Source of the DNA: Pseudovirgaria hyperparasitica
Taxonomy: Eukaryota
Length of the DNA stretch: 64,000 nt
NCBI GenBank assembly: GCA_010093815.1
Contig: ML996568.1
Direction: 5' to 3' (one strand)
The notes under the pieces were generated by a model. That model was not told the DNA's origin and made no database searches. It saw only the letters and a list, made by a program, of their open reading frames with translations. Below are positions 60,356 to 64,000 of the stretch, piece by piece. The position numbers and the translations under genes were made by a program. Position 1 is the first letter of the stretch. Every line of letters begins with the position of its first letter.

Positions 60356-61217
60356 CTAGTCCTCCTCAATTTCCTCGTGTACGTGGCGCTTTCGCGCAAC
60401 GTCCTTGGTCATTGGGCGACCAGAGCCCACGAAGCCAACGCGCGCATTGACGCCCTCGCCGGTGCGGAACATCGACTCTTTTGACTTCTTCTGCTTCGAC
60501 ATGAAGTCGTTCCAGTTGCCACGCGACTTCTCTAGCTTCTTCTCTGATCCCAGCTTGCGCGGGATCTTGGCGGGGCGATCCGGGCCTGCGGAGGCGAGCG
60601 AGGGTTCACGCTTCAGCTGTGCCTCGGCGATGATAACATTAGGATTCTTGGGACGTGCGGCTTCCTCTTCAGCTTTGCGTTTCTTGATCTCGTTTTCCTC
60701 GTTGATGCGGGTGGCCGGGCGGCACTCGTCTGCGCGGATCTGTGTGAGGAATTTGTCCTTGAAGCGAACCTGGAACATTTTGTTTTCGCCGACGCCGAGG
60801 ATGGCGATGACCTTTGCGGCCGTCAGGCGCTGGTCATCTTTGTTCCGGTGTGCAAGGACCCAGTCGCCTTGCTTGAGTTCGATCTTGGGTTTTTTGGGTA
60901 CGACGGCGACGGGCTCTTTCGGTTTCTCCTCAGGGAGTTGGGCGCGGAGGGTTTCGAGTTCTTCACTGAACATGGCAATGCCTGCTTCGAGCTTCACACG
61001 TCTGTCTTCAGTTTCATCGTACTTCTCGTCGCCCGGCTTGAGGCGTGAGAGGTCGACCTTGGCCTCCTTGAGCTGTTGGGTAAAGTGAGTGAGCAGCGCG
61101 AAGAAGGGGTATCAAGATGCGTACCTGTCTGTGGTAATTGTCGACATCGCTTTGGAGTTGGTGGATGTCGGCCTTGAGATTCTTGAGTTCGTACCAGGAG
61201 AGCTGCTTGGTCGCCAT
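60356..61217 (-). CDS. spf30: Splicing factor Spf30/SMNDC1-like Tudor protein
   Basis: Intron 61124-61073, Tudor-like GDWVLA...AKV, and C-terminal KKESMFRTGEGVNARVGFVGSGRPMT. Confidence 0.85.
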
Positions 61218-62646
61218 TCTGAGCGGTATTCTGCGAATTTGAACTTGAACCTACGGTTTGCCTGAGCGATTGAACGGCCAATTCAGTCCGTGGCTGGTGA
61301 CGTAGCGTTGGTGGGTCTGATATTCACAGACGATATAGGGGAACAAGTAAGAACTCGTGTGTGGGAAGCACTGTCGGAGAGAAGTGACGTCGATGGAAGT
61401 AATGGTAGGACGTCGATTGAGATGAAGCGTTGATGGTGGGGATGAGTTGAGCGTGTAGATATGGGTCGGCCGGTGGTGAGCATCAAGCCGACTCACGTGA
61501 TTGGTAAAGATGAGGAAAGGCTCCATCCTTCAAGTTCCTTGGCTGGTAGCCTAACCTAATACACCGACCTGGGCAATACCCAAACATTACAGGCTGTAAA
61601 GTGTAAGGAAGGAGCCTGCGAAGAGCCTCAGGTATCCATCCAACCCTGGGTGACCTGACGCCTTGACCTTGTTGCGTGGCCGCCCCCAGCCCCTTCTTCC
61701 CCTCAAAAGTCATCTACCTTTACCAGAACCATCAATTAGATAGATCATGGTAATTATGCTGCCGATATCGATAAGCAGATTTGTACCAGCTGGCGAGCCG
61801 CATCTTATGTGGAAGCCGGTGGAATCATGAGATGCAGTCCAGTCCAATGTCCTGTAGAGAAAAGAAACATGTGCGGTTTCTTAATGATGTCGAGAGCATA
61901 CCGCAGCCTCCTTATGAATTTCCCCATTGTTCCATGCATCGCCATCATCCATGCAGATGCTGCTGCTGATGATGGATGATGCTGATTGATAATCAACCGT
62001 CAGACCAGTCGAGTTATACTGTATGTGGAATGGCGGCATCCACTCCCGACCGTCCAAGGATGCGCGCACGAATCAGAGGGGGTCCTGGTGTTGAAGCGGT
62101 GCCACTGGAAGAAACGTGCATGTGCGTGTCTGTCGGTGATCTTTGGTCTTCTAGCCTCCCAAGAAGCTCTCGAATCTCTCTTCCCACAGCCCTGATTATC
62201 TGACTCTCTTTTCCTCAATCCTTCTGACTCCAACCGCCGAATACTCCACCTGTCCTATTCCAATACACCACCCAGCTATACTGTCGTCGAAGCGCAGCTT
62301 TCCGACTCTGCAAGAAACGTGAGTTTAGGCTTGCATCATTCCACCCATACTCTTCCGCATACCGCCCAACCCCTCCTCTTACGTCCCTTGGAAGCATCGA
62401 ATGCAAACCACGCCAGTAGCCGTCGCGATAGAGAGTTGACTCATGATACGACGCTGACCGAGGTGTCCATGTACCTAGGAACTCCTCAATCGCATTCATC
62501 ACATTTCTCAGGTTCCGCTCAGGCCTATTCTCGCCTCGCGATACGTTCTGTTCCTTCGGAAGCCTCGACCGGCACAACGCGCCTTCTCGCCCGTTGGGCC
62601 AAGCCAAACCCTATATAACTTTCGTAGAAGAGCACCAGCCACTGTT

Positions 62647-64000
62647 ATGGCAAACTCTAACAACCAGTTCTACGGTCCGGGCAGCCTCTCTCCTGACCAA
62701 GAGCATCTGTTGATGGCTGCCTTGAACTCGAATAACCCGAATCCGCAAAACGACTATAAGTCGAATCAAGATTTTGAAAACAACAACGATGGGACTTTTG
62801 ACCCCAATCAGCAATTCCCCATAGATGGCGTTAACCCCGCGTTCTTTCAAGGTCAGCCGAATGGCATGAATTTCAGCACATTCGACAATATCGAAGAAAG
62901 CCCATACGTGGACTTTCTCGATGGTGACACAAGCTTCGACTTCGATGCAAGTCTTAATAATGGAGATGCTATGATCGGTGGACTTCCCGGTAGCAGCACC
63001 TCTCCTGAAGCTTATGATCATGACAATACCGAGAAACGAAAGAGTCCAGAAGATGACGCTGAAGATCCTGATGGGGGGGGCAAGAGAAGAGAGTCTGACG
63101 ACAAAACGGCCAAGAAGCCCGGAAGGAAACCTCTGACTTCCGAACCGACAACAGTATGTCTTTTTTACTGGTGCTTCCCATCAAATTCTCACATATTTGC
63201 AGAAACGCAAAGCTCAAAATAGAGCTGCTCAGCGTGCTTTCCGTGAACGTAAGGAGAAGCACTTGCACGATCTCGAGACCAAGGTTGCGGAACTAGAGAA
63301 AGTGTCCGATGCGACCAGTCATGAGAACGGCCTGCTCAAAGCTCAGGTTCAAAGATTACAGACTGAATTGCGAGAGTACAGAAAGCGTCTGTCCCTCAAT
63401 AGCTCCGGCGTGAATCATTCTCTTACGGGGCACAACGTATCATTTCTGTCGGGCATGGGAGGCGGCAATAACTTCCAATTCGATTTTCCACGTTTTGGTG
63501 GTCTTCCTGGCGCGCATATGCTCAGCACAGGGGCAATGAGTGCGGCCAAAGGCTTGTCGAATAGTCCTTCCTCTGCGCGCTCTAGCGTCGGAAACAGCAT
63601 ACACGTGAACAGTGGCATTGCTCAGCGACAGAACAGCAATGGTAGCGTTCAGAGTCCACGGACCCAATCAACTGGCGTTGCCTCACCAGACAGCAATGTC
63701 TCCTCCCAAGAAGTCCGTGCGGGGCAGCAGTCACAGTCGAATGCGCGCAGTCCCCCTCTTTATAACGGAGCGAGTACTCCGGTCGTCGATATTGGCCATG
63801 TTCTCAGTACCAATTCCAATGTCAATCGCGAGCGTACCGGCAGCTCTTCAGCACAATCGCGTGTATTCCAATTCAACAGCGGCGCCAACTCTTCAACCGA
63901 TTCCCCTTCTGCCTCTTCAGTTTCTCAATACGGTGGCGCCAACTCGTCATGCGACACTTCTCCTGAGCCATCCTATAACTCACCCATGACCGGAAAGGCG
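62647..64000 (+). CDS. yap1: AP-1-like bZIP oxidative-stress transcription factor (3' end outside the window)
   Basis: LSPDQEHLLMAALNSN N-terminus and KKPGRKPLTSEPTT/KRKAQNRAAQRAFRERKEKHLHDLETKV across intron 63154-63202. Confidence 0.92.

Noticed and set aside
60405..61088. 227-aa + strand ORF
   Set aside because: Antisense shadow of spf30.

Overview
Fungal DNA from a filamentous ascomycete (Pezizomycotina) with two sharply separated compartments. Bases 1 to ~37.2 kb are an AT-rich block of nested transposons mutated by repeat-induced point mutation (RIP): CpA/TpG are depleted, TpA is in excess, and paired LTRs differ by transitions. A Mutator-like (MULE) transposase acts as the landing pad. 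It carries a chromovirus Gypsy (itself interrupted by an 11.4-kb Ylt1-like LTR element with a 4-bp TSD), a complete 7.75-kb chromovirus, two solo LTRs and a full-length Tad1-like LINE. Two things in this block go beyond standard TE anatomy. First, the Ylt1-like element carries a ~990-codon extra ORF after pol that de-RIPs to a 2OG-Fe(II) dioxygenase-like protein (HxD...H...R). Second, one ~33-bp palindrome occurs five times across two unrelated retroelement classes (LTR and LINE), at ORF starts, ORF ends and inside gag-pol. Bases ~37.3-64 kb are GC-balanced and gene-dense: thioesterase, orphan ORF, small membrane protein, disrupted Zn2Cys6 TF, NACHT-ankyrin NLR-like gene, CBM18-laccase fusion, Rid family protein, nucleotide-sugar transporter, QIP/Gfd2-like DEDDh exonuclease, Spf30 and a Yap1-like bZIP that runs off the window. 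All de-RIP translations were done by eye and no database searches were run.
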